A stretch of 47,674 bases of DNA from Nannocystales bacterium (lineage in GTDB: Bacteria; Myxococcota_A; Polyangia; Nannocystales; Nannocystaceae), in assembly GCA_050633305.1 (NCBI GenBank), contig JBOEGF010000006.1, forward strand, positions 170,485 to 218,158, given 5' to 3'. Shown in pieces: positions 1-12,914 of the stretch. Positions within the stretch are counted from its first letter, which is position 1, and each line of letters begins with the position of its first letter. A program made the translations under genes and the position numbers. The notes beneath the pieces were generated by a model. The model saw nothing but the letters and a program-made list of their open reading frames with translations. It was not told the origin of the DNA and did no database searches.

Positions 1-248
1 GTAGGATACGGTCGTACAGCGGATACCGTCAACCTACGTTGGTCCACGTCAAGACCCTGGCCGATCACGTAGCGTAGAATCCCCCGAAAAGGGCTGGATT
101 CCACGGTATTGCAGCCAAAACGGTGCCGGATAGCCGACATTCCGGTCGACCAGCACGTGAGTCAACGCAAGGTCTGATTTGGTGGGAACCGCGCTGATCT
201 GCCACCGGCCCAAGAGACCGTGCGGTTGGCGCCAACGATTCGACCCGT

Positions 249-2216
249 TCAGCAGAACGGGCGCTCGATGTCGAGCTCGGGCTCGCCGCTGGGCAGGATC
301 CGCCGAAGGTACTCGTAGGCGGAGTCGCAGAACACCGACGGTCCCTGCCCCATCAGCTCGGCCCGCTCCTCGAACGGACGCACACCGCCGGAGTCCATCA
401 GCCGCTGCTCACCATCGCCGAGGTTGTGGAAGCGCGTCAGGTTGGACGGGTCGGCCAAGCCGAGCGCATGTCCAAGCTCGTGGCTCGCGGTGGTGCCCAC
501 CAACGAGCCGAGCGTCCACACGGCACACGCCGCCTGCAGTTTTCGGTCTTGGGTCGGACAGTTCGCGCCGCTGGTGATCGTCGGGATGCCGCCCCCGAGC
601 TCGTCGTCGGAGTTCACGGGGCGCCCGCGGTCGGGCCTGAACTCATCGAAGATGTCGTCGAACAATGGGTTGCCGATGTCCGAGGGGGGCGTGCCCTCGG
701 GAGGATGCTCGGAGAACGCCATGAGCGACTCGATAAAGACACCGCCGTATCCGGGGTAGCCGTCCACCTCCTGGGTGACCGCGTTGACGCCTCCGATTCT
801 GTCACTCAGACGCTGGTTGTCGACGTCTTTCCCCGAGGTGTTGTCGTAGCCGAGCAAACCCAAGCCGTTGACGTCCGGGCCGTTGATCTCGAGGATCGTG
901 AACTCCGCGAAGTCCTCGGGCTCGCTCTCCCGCAGTTCGACGTTGATGCTCTGGTAGTCGCGGCGCATCACGTCCAGGACCCGTTCCCGCAGACGCTGGT
1001 CGAGCGCCCGAATGCCGAAGGCGCGCAGGCTCTCCACGTACGCGGGCGTGAACTGCACCCACACAACCTGCTTGACCGGCCGGATCTCGAACGAGACGGG
1101 AGTGGCCGCCCCGGTCACGTTCTCGTTGTTGAAGCTGACGACCGGCTGCATCGTGCCTTCGAACGTACCCTCGGCGTACCGAATGCCGCCGAGGTCTTCG
1201 AGGCCGACCGCGAGCGCATCCTGCTCGTTGACGATGAATCGCATCGTGCTCCCATCGACGTACTCGGGGATGAACGACAGACCGGTGACAGGCACGCCTC
1301 CGACGGAGTTCTTCGGGAAGAACTCCCCTTCGAGCTCCATCAGGGTGATGCCGTCGTCCGCGCCGACAAACCCTCCACCTTCGATTCCGATGTACTGACC
1401 CACGCTCCCACCATCACCGAGCGCAGTCACAGTCGTTTGCAGCAGATCGTAGGCGACAGGAAGCTCGTCGCTGGAGATCCGGGACCCATCGGGCATGACG
1501 TTCTCCAAGTGCAGACGGCCTTCGAATCGACCGCCCGAGATCCCGGAGATGTGCGGGGAAAACGGGAAGGTTGCCCGGGTCCGGCTGAACGCCGATGCCG
1601 ATTCGATGGGGATTTCCGTACGACTGCTGGGACCACAAGCGTTCCCGCCCACAGGGACGGTGCACCCCTCGACGACCGCGAAGGTGGTCCCTTCCCCGCC
1701 CCCGAGCAGAAACCCGGACCCCTCCAATTCGATGTCGGAGTTGACGTAGATCGCCCCCTGTTGCGTCGCATCAGACAGCACGGGGTCGAGCGTGCGGCGA
1801 AACTCGATCGAGCCGTCCAACGGGGGCGTGAAGAAGCTCGTCCCTTCGGGGACGTAGTTGACCATCACACTCAGCAGGCCGGTGAACGTGCCCTCATCGG
1901 CGCCCAGGATCGCGAAGGTGTCGCTGGTGACCTCGACCGTCATCGACTCGAAATCAACGAACTTGGCCGGGAGGTCGACCGTCGCAGCGCGGCCCTCGAT
2001 CTGGCCGCTGAGGCGCAGCGAGGAGATGCCCAACGGGGCATCGAGGAAGGACGAGCCCTCGATCTGAATCACGGTCCCGGGCAAGACGATGTTGGGTTCG
2101 ACGGAGCGCAGCGACAGGGTCTCGAGCCCGGTCGGATCGCGGCCGGTCTCGGGCTCGGCGCACGACCCCAGGGCCATGATCGAGATCATCGGGAGGACAG
2201 CGAGTCGAAGGTCCAC
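249..2216 (-). CDS. Lipoprotein with C-terminal metzincin-like zinc metallopeptidase domain
   Basis: Signal peptide with lipobox (MALGS-C); beta-rich Ig/IPT-like N-terminal part; HELGHALGLAD zinc motif followed by a Met-turn-like RLMDSG. Confidence 0.7.
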   Translation of the reverse strand: MDLRLAVLPMISIMALGSCAEPETGRDPTGLETLSLRSVEPNIVLPGTVIQIEGSSFLDAPLGISSLRLSGQIEGRAATVDLPAKFVDFESMTVEVTSDTFAILGADEGTFTGLLSVMVNYVPEGTSFFTPPLDGSIEFRRTLDPVLSDATQQGAIYVNSDIELEGSGFLLGGGEGTTFAVVEGCTVPVGGNACGPSSRTEIPIESASAFSRTRATFPFSPHISGISGGRFEGRLHLENVMPDGSRISSDELPVAYDLLQTTVTALGDGGSVGQYIGIEGGGFVGADDGITLMELEGEFFPKNSVGGVPVTGLSFIPEYVDGSTMRFIVNEQDALAVGLEDLGGIRYAEGTFEGTMQPVVSFNNENVTGAATPVSFEIRPVKQVVWVQFTPAYVESLRAFGIRALDQRLRERVLDVMRRDYQSINVELRESEPEDFAEFTILEINGPDVNGLGLLGYDNTSGKDVDNQRLSDRIGGVNAVTQEVDGYPGYGGVFIESLMAFSEHPPEGTPPSDIGNPLFDDIFDEFRPDRGRPVNSDDELGGGIPTITSGANCPTQDRKLQAACAVWTLGSLVGTTASHELGHALGLADPSNLTRFHNLGDGEQRLMDSGGVRPFEERAELMGQGPSVFCDSAYEYLRRILPSGEPELDIERPFC

Positions 2217-2410
2217 GCGCGCAGCCTACCCAACGCCGTCGTCTCCGCCCACCCTTCGCGGACTCCGCGCAGCCGTACCCGCAGTTGGACCCAGGGCACG
2301 ACCGCACGTCGCCGAGAGCGCCTTGTGATCCAAGTGAACCACGCGTGCGTCTTCGACGTCGAAGGACCGACACGCGGCCCCTGCCCGCGTTAGTCTGGAG
2401 GCCTCGCGAC

Positions 2411-4102
2411 ATGCTTAACGTAATGATGCGCTCGAACGCGGTGCTGCTCGGCGGCACCGCGATGATGGTTTTGGCCGGCTGCAAGGAGGGTTCGCCCCCG
2501 CTGCTGTCCGACCCCGGCAACCAGGTCGCGGTGGTCGGCCAGGAGTTGCGGGTCACACTCACCGCCTCCGATCCCGACGGTGGGTCCCTGGACTTCAGCT
2601 TCCGCTCCAGCATCGCGGGCATCGAGGCGCACGCTCAGGTCACGCGAACCCCAAACGGCCAGGGACTGTTCACGTACACGCCGGTCTCTGGGCACGAAGG
2701 CGACCACATCTTCGATTTCGTCGTCTCGGACGGCGAGTTCGACACCACCGTCCCGATCACCGTCGAGGTCCGAGGAGCCTCGGGCATTGACAGCGCACCA
2801 ACGTTCCGAGAGCCCAAGGCTGGCCTCATCCTCGAAGCGGGGGCGGACTGCGCCACCATTCCCTCGCTCGAGGTGATCGTTGAAGACCTCGATACGGTGG
2901 AACTCGAGCTGACCCAGGCGCCGCCTGTGCTGCCCGGCGCGACCTTGACCATCGACCCCAGTTCGTTCGGCAAGGAGGCGGTGTGGAAGTGGTGCCCACG
3001 TCCCGAGGACGCGTCGGTGTTCCAACACCAGCTCACGCTCTCGGCGGACGACGGCGAGAACCCGCCCACGCTGAAGAACGTGCCCATCGTGATTCGACCG
3101 GGCACCGGCGCTGACTGTCCCGGAGAGGCACCGCAGATCACCCACTCGCCCCAGGACATCTCGACGCTCCAGGACATCCCGATCGTCGCCGAGTTCACCG
3201 ACGACGTCGGCATCTCCGCGCCGGTCGTGTACTACGCGCTCGAGGACCCCGTCACGGCGGGCGAGGTGGACTTCAGCAAGCTGAGCCTCGCCAACATGAC
3301 CCTCGACGACGGGGGCGCCACCTCGGGCACTTGGCGCGCGATCGTGCCCAACCCGGTCGCCGAAGGTGTGGAAGGCGACGAAGCCACGCTCTACTACGTC
3401 ATCGAGGTTGTCGATACCGACGACCCGGAGGGCACGTGCAATCACCGCTCGAACTCCCCCTCCAGCGGCGTGCATTCGTTCACAATCTCCCACCCCGGCG
3501 AGGCCGGCGATGGCGCGGGCATCTGCGAGATGTGTTCGTTCGACGTCCAGTGCGGCGGGGACAACGACCTGTGCCTGCAGCTGGCGAAGGGCACCTTCTG
3601 CGGCACCGACTGCGATGAGGGGTGTGGCGAAGGGTTCGCATGCAGCGAGAACCCGCTGACCTCGGTCGAAGGTGCAGCCGCCCGCCAGTGTGTTCCCACC
3701 GACGATGTCTGTGGCGGGGGCGGAGACAGCTGCGAGGGCGACCAGTTCGACCCCGACGATGACACGCCCAAGAGCGCCAAAGGTGTCGCGCTCAACGGCG
3801 ACTACAACGACGACCTCATCATCTGTCCCAACAACGACGACTGGTTCGCGATGAACGTGGCCACGACGTTGCGACTGACCATCAGCGTCGATGGCGACAG
3901 CCCCCCGGACATCGACCTCGCCCTGCTCGACTCCGAGCTGTCCAGCATCGACAGCTCCACCCTGGCGGGATCGACCGAGGAGATCATCTCTCCGTGCCTC
4001 GAACCGGGCACCTACTACGCGCTCGTGGACATCTACCAGGGCGGCGAAGTGCCGGGGAACTACACGATCGACATCGACTACGACGAGAGCGCTTGCAAGT
4101 GA
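2411..4102 (+). CDS. Lipoprotein with Ig/cadherin-like repeats, Cys-rich segment and C-terminal PPC-like domain
   Basis: Start moved to ATG 2411 (MLNVMMRS...VLAG-C lipobox); ASDPDG and VSDG cadherin/Ig-like motifs; CPNNDDWF...DIDLALLD...PGTYY pre-peptidase C-terminal-like motif. Confidence 0.7.
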   Translation: MLNVMMRSNAVLLGGTAMMVLAGCKEGSPPLLSDPGNQVAVVGQELRVTLTASDPDGGSLDFSFRSSIAGIEAHAQVTRTPNGQGLFTYTPVSGHEGDHIFDFVVSDGEFDTTVPITVEVRGASGIDSAPTFREPKAGLILEAGADCATIPSLEVIVEDLDTVELELTQAPPVLPGATLTIDPSSFGKEAVWKWCPRPEDASVFQHQLTLSADDGENPPTLKNVPIVIRPGTGADCPGEAPQITHSPQDISTLQDIPIVAEFTDDVGISAPVVYYALEDPVTAGEVDFSKLSLANMTLDDGGATSGTWRAIVPNPVAEGVEGDEATLYYVIEVVDTDDPEGTCNHRSNSPSSGVHSFTISHPGEAGDGAGICEMCSFDVQCGGDNDLCLQLAKGTFCGTDCDEGCGEGFACSENPLTSVEGAAARQCVPTDDVCGGGGDSCEGDQFDPDDDTPKSAKGVALNGDYNDDLIICPNNDDWFAMNVATTLRLTISVDGDSPPDIDLALLDSELSSIDSSTLAGSTEEIISPCLEPGTYYALVDIYQGGEVPGNYTIDIDYDESACK

Positions 4103-4137
4103 GAACGCAGCTGTCATCGCAACCAGGGCGCGAGGCC

Positions 4138-6012
4138 ATGCGACGTGGGGCGCCAACCGCCACGCTGGCCACCGCGGTTGGCCTGGGTCTCCTGCTCGTG
4201 GGCTGCAAGGACGAGAACCAGGCGCCGATCGTGGCGCCGGTCGCCTCACAAGCGGTTGCTGTGGGCGAAACGCTGACGCTCAGCGTGTTCGCCACGGACA
4301 AGGACGGGGACGAGCTCACCTACACGTTCGCCGCGCCCGCCGTCCCAAACGTCCAAGCCAGCGCCACCTTCCTCGCCTCCGAGGATGGCTCCGGGGGCGT
4401 CTTCTCCTACATGCCAGCCGCGGACCACGTCGGCACCCACATCTTCGACTTCATCGTCAACGACGGCTCGCACGAGGTGTCCGTCTCGACGACCGTCGCG
4501 GTCACCGGAGGCGCAGGCTCTGGCAGCGCGCCACAGTTCGTCCGGCCGCTGTCCCAAGGAACTGTGCTCGACCTCGTCGAGTCGAGCTGCGCCCGCTTCG
4601 ACGTCGTGGTGGAAGACCCGGACTCCGAGTCGATCGCCCTGACCCAAAGCGCCCCGACGATCGCCGGTTCTGTCCTCGAGCCTGACCCTGGCGGGTTCAC
4701 CGGAGCATGGGAGTGGTGCCCAAGCCGCGAACAGAAGGACGTCGCGGATCAGTGGAGCCTGACCCTGTCTGCAGACGACGGGGACAACGAGCCCACGCTC
4801 AAGGAGTTCGTCGTCATCCTGCGCAAGCCCTCCGGCGAAGGCTGCCCCGGCGAGTTCCCTGACATCGCCCACGACGTCGTCGACTTCAACACGGTCCTCG
4901 ATCTCGAGATCGTCGCCACGATCACCGACGACCAAGGACTGCGGGGTCAACCCGCCGTGCTCTACGCCTTCGAGGATCCGGGCAACCCGGTCCAGTTCGA
5001 CAAGCTCAACAACGTCGCCACGATGGAGCTGAGCGACGGCGATGAGCGGGACGGGACATGGCGCGCGACGATTCCCAACCCCGTCGCCAACGAGCCAGAG
5101 GGGAGCACCGCGACGCTTTGGTACCTGGTCCAAGCCAGCGACAACGACGACGTCGATGGGGACTGCGACCACCGCACCGACGCCCCGCCTGTGGGTGCGT
5201 ACCAGGTCGCGATCACGAACAGTGGTGGCAGCGGCGGCGCAGGGCTCTGCGAGGGCTGCTCCGCCGACGTGCAGTGTGGCGAGCCCGGCGACCTGTGCGT
5301 TCCCAACTCCGACGGCGAAGCCACGTGCGGCCGGGCCTGCGAAGACGACTGCGGCGAGGGCTACGTATGCTCCCCAGCCAGCACCACCTCAGTCGACGGC
5401 GCGATGGGACGTCAGTGCCTCCCCGTCAGCGGAAGCTGCGAAGGAGGCAGCGGAGGCTCGTGTGAGGACGACGCTGCGGAGGACGACGACAACCCCAAAC
5501 AAGGGGGAGCGCTGCCTCCGATCGACGATGGCGAGTACTCGGCGATCCTCTGCCCCGATGACGAGGACTGGTGGCTGTTCCAGCTCACCGAGGATGCCGT
5601 CATCACAGGAACGCTCGCTGGCCCCGCCGACGAAGACCTCGACCTGGCCCTGACCAATGGTGATGGCGAGCTCATCGCCAGCTCGCTAGGGGGAACCTCA
5701 GACGAGTCGATCGTCTCGGCCTGCCAACCAGCAGGCGCGTACTTCCTGCGGGTCTACGAAGGCATCGATGTGGCGGACGGGACCGACTACGACCTGACGC
5801 TCGCCCTCGACGCCAGCGCGTGCATGGTCTCCAGCGGCAACAGCTGCTGCGAAGCCAACACGAGCCCAGGCTGCAACGACCCCGAGATCGAGATGTGCGT
5901 CTGTGACAACGACCCTTGGTGTTGCGGCATGGACGACAACGGTGAGGGCGTCTGGGACCAGTTCTGTGTCGACGATGTCGGCGACCAAAGCTGCGGCCCC
6001 GCGTGCCCTTGA
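4138..6012 (+). CDS. Paralogous Ig/cadherin-like, Cys-rich, PPC-domain lipoprotein
   Basis: ATG 4138 after GAGG (alternative GTG 4099 overlaps the upstream stop); LLVG-C lipobox; collinear with the previous gene (WxWCP, DDGxNxPTLK, GTWRAxxPNPVA); extra C-terminal CC..GC..C.C..DPWCC..WD..C module. Confidence 0.7.
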   Translation: MRRGAPTATLATAVGLGLLLVGCKDENQAPIVAPVASQAVAVGETLTLSVFATDKDGDELTYTFAAPAVPNVQASATFLASEDGSGGVFSYMPAADHVGTHIFDFIVNDGSHEVSVSTTVAVTGGAGSGSAPQFVRPLSQGTVLDLVESSCARFDVVVEDPDSESIALTQSAPTIAGSVLEPDPGGFTGAWEWCPSREQKDVADQWSLTLSADDGDNEPTLKEFVVILRKPSGEGCPGEFPDIAHDVVDFNTVLDLEIVATITDDQGLRGQPAVLYAFEDPGNPVQFDKLNNVATMELSDGDERDGTWRATIPNPVANEPEGSTATLWYLVQASDNDDVDGDCDHRTDAPPVGAYQVAITNSGGSGGAGLCEGCSADVQCGEPGDLCVPNSDGEATCGRACEDDCGEGYVCSPASTTSVDGAMGRQCLPVSGSCEGGSGGSCEDDAAEDDDNPKQGGALPPIDDGEYSAILCPDDEDWWLFQLTEDAVITGTLAGPADEDLDLALTNGDGELIASSLGGTSDESIVSACQPAGAYFLRVYEGIDVADGTDYDLTLALDASACMVSSGNSCCEANTSPGCNDPEIEMCVCDNDPWCCGMDDNGEGVWDQFCVDDVGDQSCGPACP

Positions 6013-6061
6013 GGGCTCCGTCGTGAAGGGGGCCAAGCGGTCCCCTTCACCGCGGCCGGCT

Positions 6062-7126
6062 CTACAGGTCGAGTTCGCCTTGCCGCGTGTCGCCCCGAGG
6101 CGTCTTGACCGCGCGACCCAGGTGCTGGGACGCCTTACGGGTCACTTGTCGGCCACGAGGCGTCCGCACGAGAAAGCCTCGCTGGAGTAGGAAGGGCTCG
6201 TAGACGTCCTCGAGGGTGTCTCGGGGTTCGCTGATCGTGGCCGCGAGAGCGTCAATGCCCACGGGGCCTCCGTCAAACGCGTCGATGATCGTCACGAGGA
6301 TCTTGCGGTCGACACCATCGAGGCCCTCCAGGTCGATGCCAAGCTGCTCGAGCGCGTACTCAGCGTCCTCGATGTCGATGGTCTGGCGGCCCCGAACCTG
6401 GGCGAAATCGCGGACGCGCCGGGTGAGGCGGTTGGCGATTCGCGGCGTCCCGCGGGAGCGCCGTCCCACGAGCTTCGCCCCCGCTTCCGTGGCCGGGCAT
6501 TCGAGCAGCGCGGCTGTCCGGCTGACGATCTGGCTGAGCTCTTCGTCCGAGTAGAACTCGAGCCCTTCGACGATCTGGAACCGCTCCCGTAGTGGGGCGG
6601 ACAGCAGCGCGGTGCGAGTCGTCGCGCCCACAAGCGTGAACGGGGCCAACTCGAACGGCATGGTTCGAGCACGAGAGCCCTCCCCCACCGCGAGGTCGAT
6701 CCGGCCGTCCTCCATGGCGGAATACAGGCTCTCCTCGACGGTCGGACTCAGCCGATGGATCTCGTCGATGAAGAGGACGTCACCGGACTCGAGCGCGGTC
6801 AGATGCCCGGCAAGGACCCCCTTGTGCTCCACCGCGGGGCCCGAGGTGATGTGAATCCTGACCCCGAGCTCGTTGGCGAGGATCTGCGCCATGGTGGTCT
6901 TGCCCAGCCCTGGAGGACCGTGCAGCAGCGTGTGGTCCAGGGCTTCCTTGCGCTGCCGAGCGGCCTCGACGAACACAGACAGTTTGTTCTTCAGCGCGGT
7001 CTGACCGATGTACTCGGCCATCCGCTGGGGGCGCAACGAGAGGCGCTCGGTGGAGTCCTCCTCGCGAGCGTCGGCGGAGACGATTCTGTCCGCCTCGTTG
7101 CCATCGTCGTGTCGCACCCGAGCCAT
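6062..7126 (-). CDS. ruvB: Holliday junction branch migration helicase RuvB
   Basis: LRPQ..EYIGQ, Walker A GPPGLGKTT, LFIDEIHRL, GATTR, RSRGTPRIANRL, GGPVG, YEPFLLQ..RTPRGR. Confidence 0.97.
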   Translation of the reverse strand: MARVRHDDGNEADRIVSADAREEDSTERLSLRPQRMAEYIGQTALKNKLSVFVEAARQRKEALDHTLLHGPPGLGKTTMAQILANELGVRIHITSGPAVEHKGVLAGHLTALESGDVLFIDEIHRLSPTVEESLYSAMEDGRIDLAVGEGSRARTMPFELAPFTLVGATTRTALLSAPLRERFQIVEGLEFYSDEELSQIVSRTAALLECPATEAGAKLVGRRSRGTPRIANRLTRRVRDFAQVRGRQTIDIEDAEYALEQLGIDLEGLDGVDRKILVTIIDAFDGGPVGIDALAATISEPRDTLEDVYEPFLLQRGFLVRTPRGRQVTRKASQHLGRAVKTPRGDTRQGELDL

Positions 7127-7130
7127 CGAA

Positions 7131-8678
7131 TCACTCCCACTCGATGGTTGCGGGGGGCTTGCTACTGATGTCGTAACAAACGCGGTTGATCCCCCGGACC
7201 TCGTTGATGATCCGATTGCTCATGATGCCCAGCACTTCGTATGGGAGCTTGGCCCAGTCCGCGGTCATGGCGTCGGTACTGGAGACCGCCCGTATGGCGA
7301 GCGCGTTCTCGTAGGTCCGGCCGTCTCCCATCACGCCGACGGAGTTGACGGGCAACAGCACGCCGAAGACCTGCCACAAGTCCCGGTACAGCCCAGCCTT
7401 GCGAATCTCTTCGATGATGATCGCATCGGCTTCGCGCAGCTTGTCGCAGCGTTCCTTGGTGACTTCCCCCAGGACACGCACGGCCAATCCTGGACCGGGG
7501 AACGGATGGCGCCAGACCATGTCTTCGGCCATCCCCAGCTCGAGGCCGAGCTTGCGGACCTCGTCCTTGAACAGGGAGCGCAGCGGTTCGACCACACTCA
7601 TGTGCATGCGCTCGGGCAGACCGCCAACATTGTGGTGAGTCTTGATCGTGGAGGATGGACCACCCACGCTGACGCTCTCGATGACGTCGGGGTACAGCGT
7701 CCCTTGGACCAGGTACTTCGCCCCGCCGATGGTCCCAGCCTCACCATCGAACGCGTCGATGAACGTGGCTCCGATCCGCTTGCGCTTGACCTCAGGGTCG
7801 GTCACCCCGGCGAGCTCACCGAGGAATGCGTCCGCCGCATCGACCACCCGGAGCGGGTTGTGCAGCTTGCCCTCGAACATGCGCTCGACCTCCTGGCGCT
7901 CGTTCTTGCGAAGCAGGCCGTTGTCCACAAACACGCAGTGCAGTCGGTCCCCAATGGCTTTCTCCACCAACATGGCGGCGACTGACGAGTCGACGCCTCC
8001 GGAGAGACCGCAGATGACGTGGCCGCTGTCTCCGACGGCGCCGCGAATCTTCTCGACCGCCTCGTCGACGAACGCCGCCATGGTCCAGTCGCCATCGAAG
8101 CCGCACAACGTCGTGAACGCTGCGAGGATTTCGCGACCGCGAGGGGTGTGAAACACCTCGGGGTGAAACTGAACGCCCCACATCCGCCGTTGTGGGTCCT
8201 CGATCGCCGCGAAGGCGCAGTTCGGGGTTCGGCCGAGTCGGTCGAACCCTTCCGGCAACACCTCGACGTGGTCCCCGTGGCTCATCCACACCGTCTGCTC
8301 GGATCCCGCCTCGAACGGCGAGAGCGGGCCGCTGGAGGACTCGACACTCAACGTCGCGCCTCCGTACTCCCGGTCGGTCGCCGCCACGACGCTCCCGCCC
8401 AGGCCGTCGACCATCACGTACAGGCCGTAGCAGATCCCCAACACCGGGACGCCCGTCTCGAAGACAGCAGGGTCCAGCTTGGGAGAGTGCTCCTCGTAGA
8501 TGGAGGATGGGCCCCCGCTGAGTACGATGCCCAGCGGTTTGACAGCCTGGATCCGCTCGAGTGCTTTGTGGAACGGAACGATTTCGGCGTAGACGCCTTG
8601 CTCGCGAACGCACCGGGCGATGAGCTGAGTGACCTGCGAACCGAAGTCGACGACGATGAGCGTTTGATGATGGGCCAC
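7131..8678 (-). CDS. guaA: GMP synthase (glutamine-hydrolyzing)
   Basis: [59 protein letters not shown]. Confidence 0.98.
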   Translation of the reverse strand: MAHHQTLIVVDFGSQVTQLIARCVREQGVYAEIVPFHKALERIQAVKPLGIVLSGGPSSIYEEHSPKLDPAVFETGVPVLGICYGLYVMVDGLGGSVVAATDREYGGATLSVESSSGPLSPFEAGSEQTVWMSHGDHVEVLPEGFDRLGRTPNCAFAAIEDPQRRMWGVQFHPEVFHTPRGREILAAFTTLCGFDGDWTMAAFVDEAVEKIRGAVGDSGHVICGLSGGVDSSVAAMLVEKAIGDRLHCVFVDNGLLRKNERQEVERMFEGKLHNPLRVVDAADAFLGELAGVTDPEVKRKRIGATFIDAFDGEAGTIGGAKYLVQGTLYPDVIESVSVGGPSSTIKTHHNVGGLPERMHMSVVEPLRSLFKDEVRKLGLELGMAEDMVWRHPFPGPGLAVRVLGEVTKERCDKLREADAIIIEEIRKAGLYRDLWQVFGVLLPVNSVGVMGDGRTYENALAIRAVSSTDAMTADWAKLPYEVLGIMSNRIINEVRGINRVCYDISSKPPATIEWE

Positions 8679-8705
8679 GGAGGCTCTGTCCTGTTGCCGC
8701 GCCGA

Positions 8706-11334
<2,629 letters not shown>

Positions 11335-11361
11335 CGCGACATGGTAGCGGATGCGCGCGCC

Positions 11362-12516
11362 TCAGCGCGGATGCTCGAACAGGAGGGCACTGAGCATGAG
11401 GTTGCCGTGCGAGGTCTTGCCCGGGAGGATGTTCCCAAACTCCCCGAACGTGAACGGCATCGCGTACGGCACGTTCGGCAGCTTCTCGGAGGTTGCCTTC
11501 AGCATGGTTTCGGCCTCGTCGCCGATCGCGATGCGGCATCCGCCACAGTTGACGATCACCGCCGCGGCGAGGTCCTCGGGTCGAAGCCCGCCACGGTCCA
11601 ACGCGTGATCCAGGATCTGGGCCCCCCGGCGAAGCAACGAGCGGCGGGTGGTGTGCATCATCGTGACGGTCTCTCCCTCGTTCACCTCGGCGAAGAGTGC
11701 GAGCGCACCGTCGTGACGACGGACGCGTTCGGGGTGCAGGAGCGTGTACGCAGGCACCGAGCCCACCCGAACGCGTGTGACCCCCAGGGGCCGCAGTGTC
11801 GTCTTGTCGAGCACGACACCGCCTTCCCGAAGAGCTTCGCCCAGCAACCCGCCCGTCCACTCGTCGTACACCTCGGCCGCGGGGCGCCCATCGAGCTGCA
11901 CCAAGACTTGGCCCTCGACCTGGGTCGCGGCGGCGGTCTTCGACGACGGCAGGTACCCGCTGTTGAACGTCGGCAAGATGCGGCCAGGCCACAGGGCAGC
12001 AAGCGCGACACAGCCCTCCCCGACCGCGCGCGAGCGATCGAACACCCTCCACCTGCCCGACACGTCGGTGTCGGCAGCGCCGCCCCCGGTGATCATCGTT
12101 GCCTCCCCGAATGAGCCTTTGAGGGCCGAGAGCAACGTCGGGTCCTGCCCAGGCGTGCAGAACGCGAAGCAGGCGTTGACGTCTGGCCCGTCCAGCCTCG
12201 ATTCGAGTTCGCCGACCAACGCCGCGGGAGTGCTGGCCAACGCGCATTCGAGCACGTCCACCCCGTCGCAGAACCACAAGCCCACCGCACGACTCAGACC
12301 AAGGTCCGAACCGACCCCCCGACACGAGGTCACACCGACAAAGGGTTGCGAGACTCGCTGGGCCAACTCGGCCCGAACCCGGTCCACGTCGAGTTCGGCG
12401 TCGACGAAGATGACCCCGCCCGCGACGCTGGATGGAAGATCCGCGACCAGGTCTCGTGCCACGGCGGCGGGGTCGGTGGACGCGGAGACCTTACGGGAGA
12501 GCGAGGGCTCGGGCAT
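11362..12516 (-). CDS. Stand-alone FIST (NO/sensory) domain protein
   Basis: GVTSCRG, GGGAAD, LDGRPAAEVY, NCGGC, FTFGEFG..HGNL motifs typical of FIST_N/FIST_C; start taken at ATG 12516. Confidence 0.85.
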   Translation of the reverse strand: MPEPSLSRKVSASTDPAAVARDLVADLPSSVAGGVIFVDAELDVDRVRAELAQRVSQPFVGVTSCRGVGSDLGLSRAVGLWFCDGVDVLECALASTPAALVGELESRLDGPDVNACFAFCTPGQDPTLLSALKGSFGEATMITGGGAADTDVSGRWRVFDRSRAVGEGCVALAALWPGRILPTFNSGYLPSSKTAAATQVEGQVLVQLDGRPAAEVYDEWTGGLLGEALREGGVVLDKTTLRPLGVTRVRVGSVPAYTLLHPERVRRHDGALALFAEVNEGETVTMMHTTRRSLLRRGAQILDHALDRGGLRPEDLAAAVIVNCGGCRIAIGDEAETMLKATSEKLPNVPYAMPFTFGEFGNILPGKTSHGNLMLSALLFEHPR

Positions 12517-12746
12517 GCCCAACGTGCTTCGTACAGCGGCGAGCAAAGCGCAAGTGCCCCGGCATCCGCCTCCGCGCACGCTCTTGATTCGGGACCTTAC
12601 GGGCCCTCGAACAGCGTTCTGCACAATCGCGCGAGACCGACCCCTTGGGGCTGCGCGCGTCGGCCACAGCCACCACGAACCCATCCCATCCCCCCTGGGA
12701 ACGAGATCATGTGGGGCAGAGTCGGGTCCGGGGTTCCCGCGGCCCG

Positions 12747-12914
12747 CTAGAGAGACGATCCGCTAAACCACGCGTGTCAGAGGGCGTCTGGGGGGAGCTG
12801 TGGCTAGGAGAGAGGCCGAAGCCATGTCGGGAACACGGTGAGCGGTGAACGACACCACCACAGCTCGCCCCAGGCGTGCACTGGGGCGCGTGTTTTAGCG
12901 GTTCGTCTCTCTAG
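12747..12914. mobile_element. 168-bp CTAG-bounded palindromic element (MITE-like)
   Basis: Terminal inverted repeats 12747-12774 and 12887-12914 match at 26/28 nt; inner arms gcgtctggggggagctgtgg and ccacagctcgccccaggcgt also pair. Confidence 0.65.

Noticed and set aside
1..37. Imperfect inverted repeat gtagg..acggt / accgt..cctac
   Set aside because: Short, at the window edge, with no context to assign a function
426..4249. Long antisense ORFs (426-2393 +, 2390-4249 -) and similar ones across the window (e.g. 8019-9359, 13529-15034, 18155-19777, 29989-31443)
   Set aside because: They mirror well-supported genes on the other strand; typical high-GC shadow ORFs with no motifs
12747..12914. 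Hairpin as 6S RNA or retron msr-msd
   Set aside because: No large central bubble as in 6S and no reverse transcriptase in the window; CTAG ends fit a mobile repeat better
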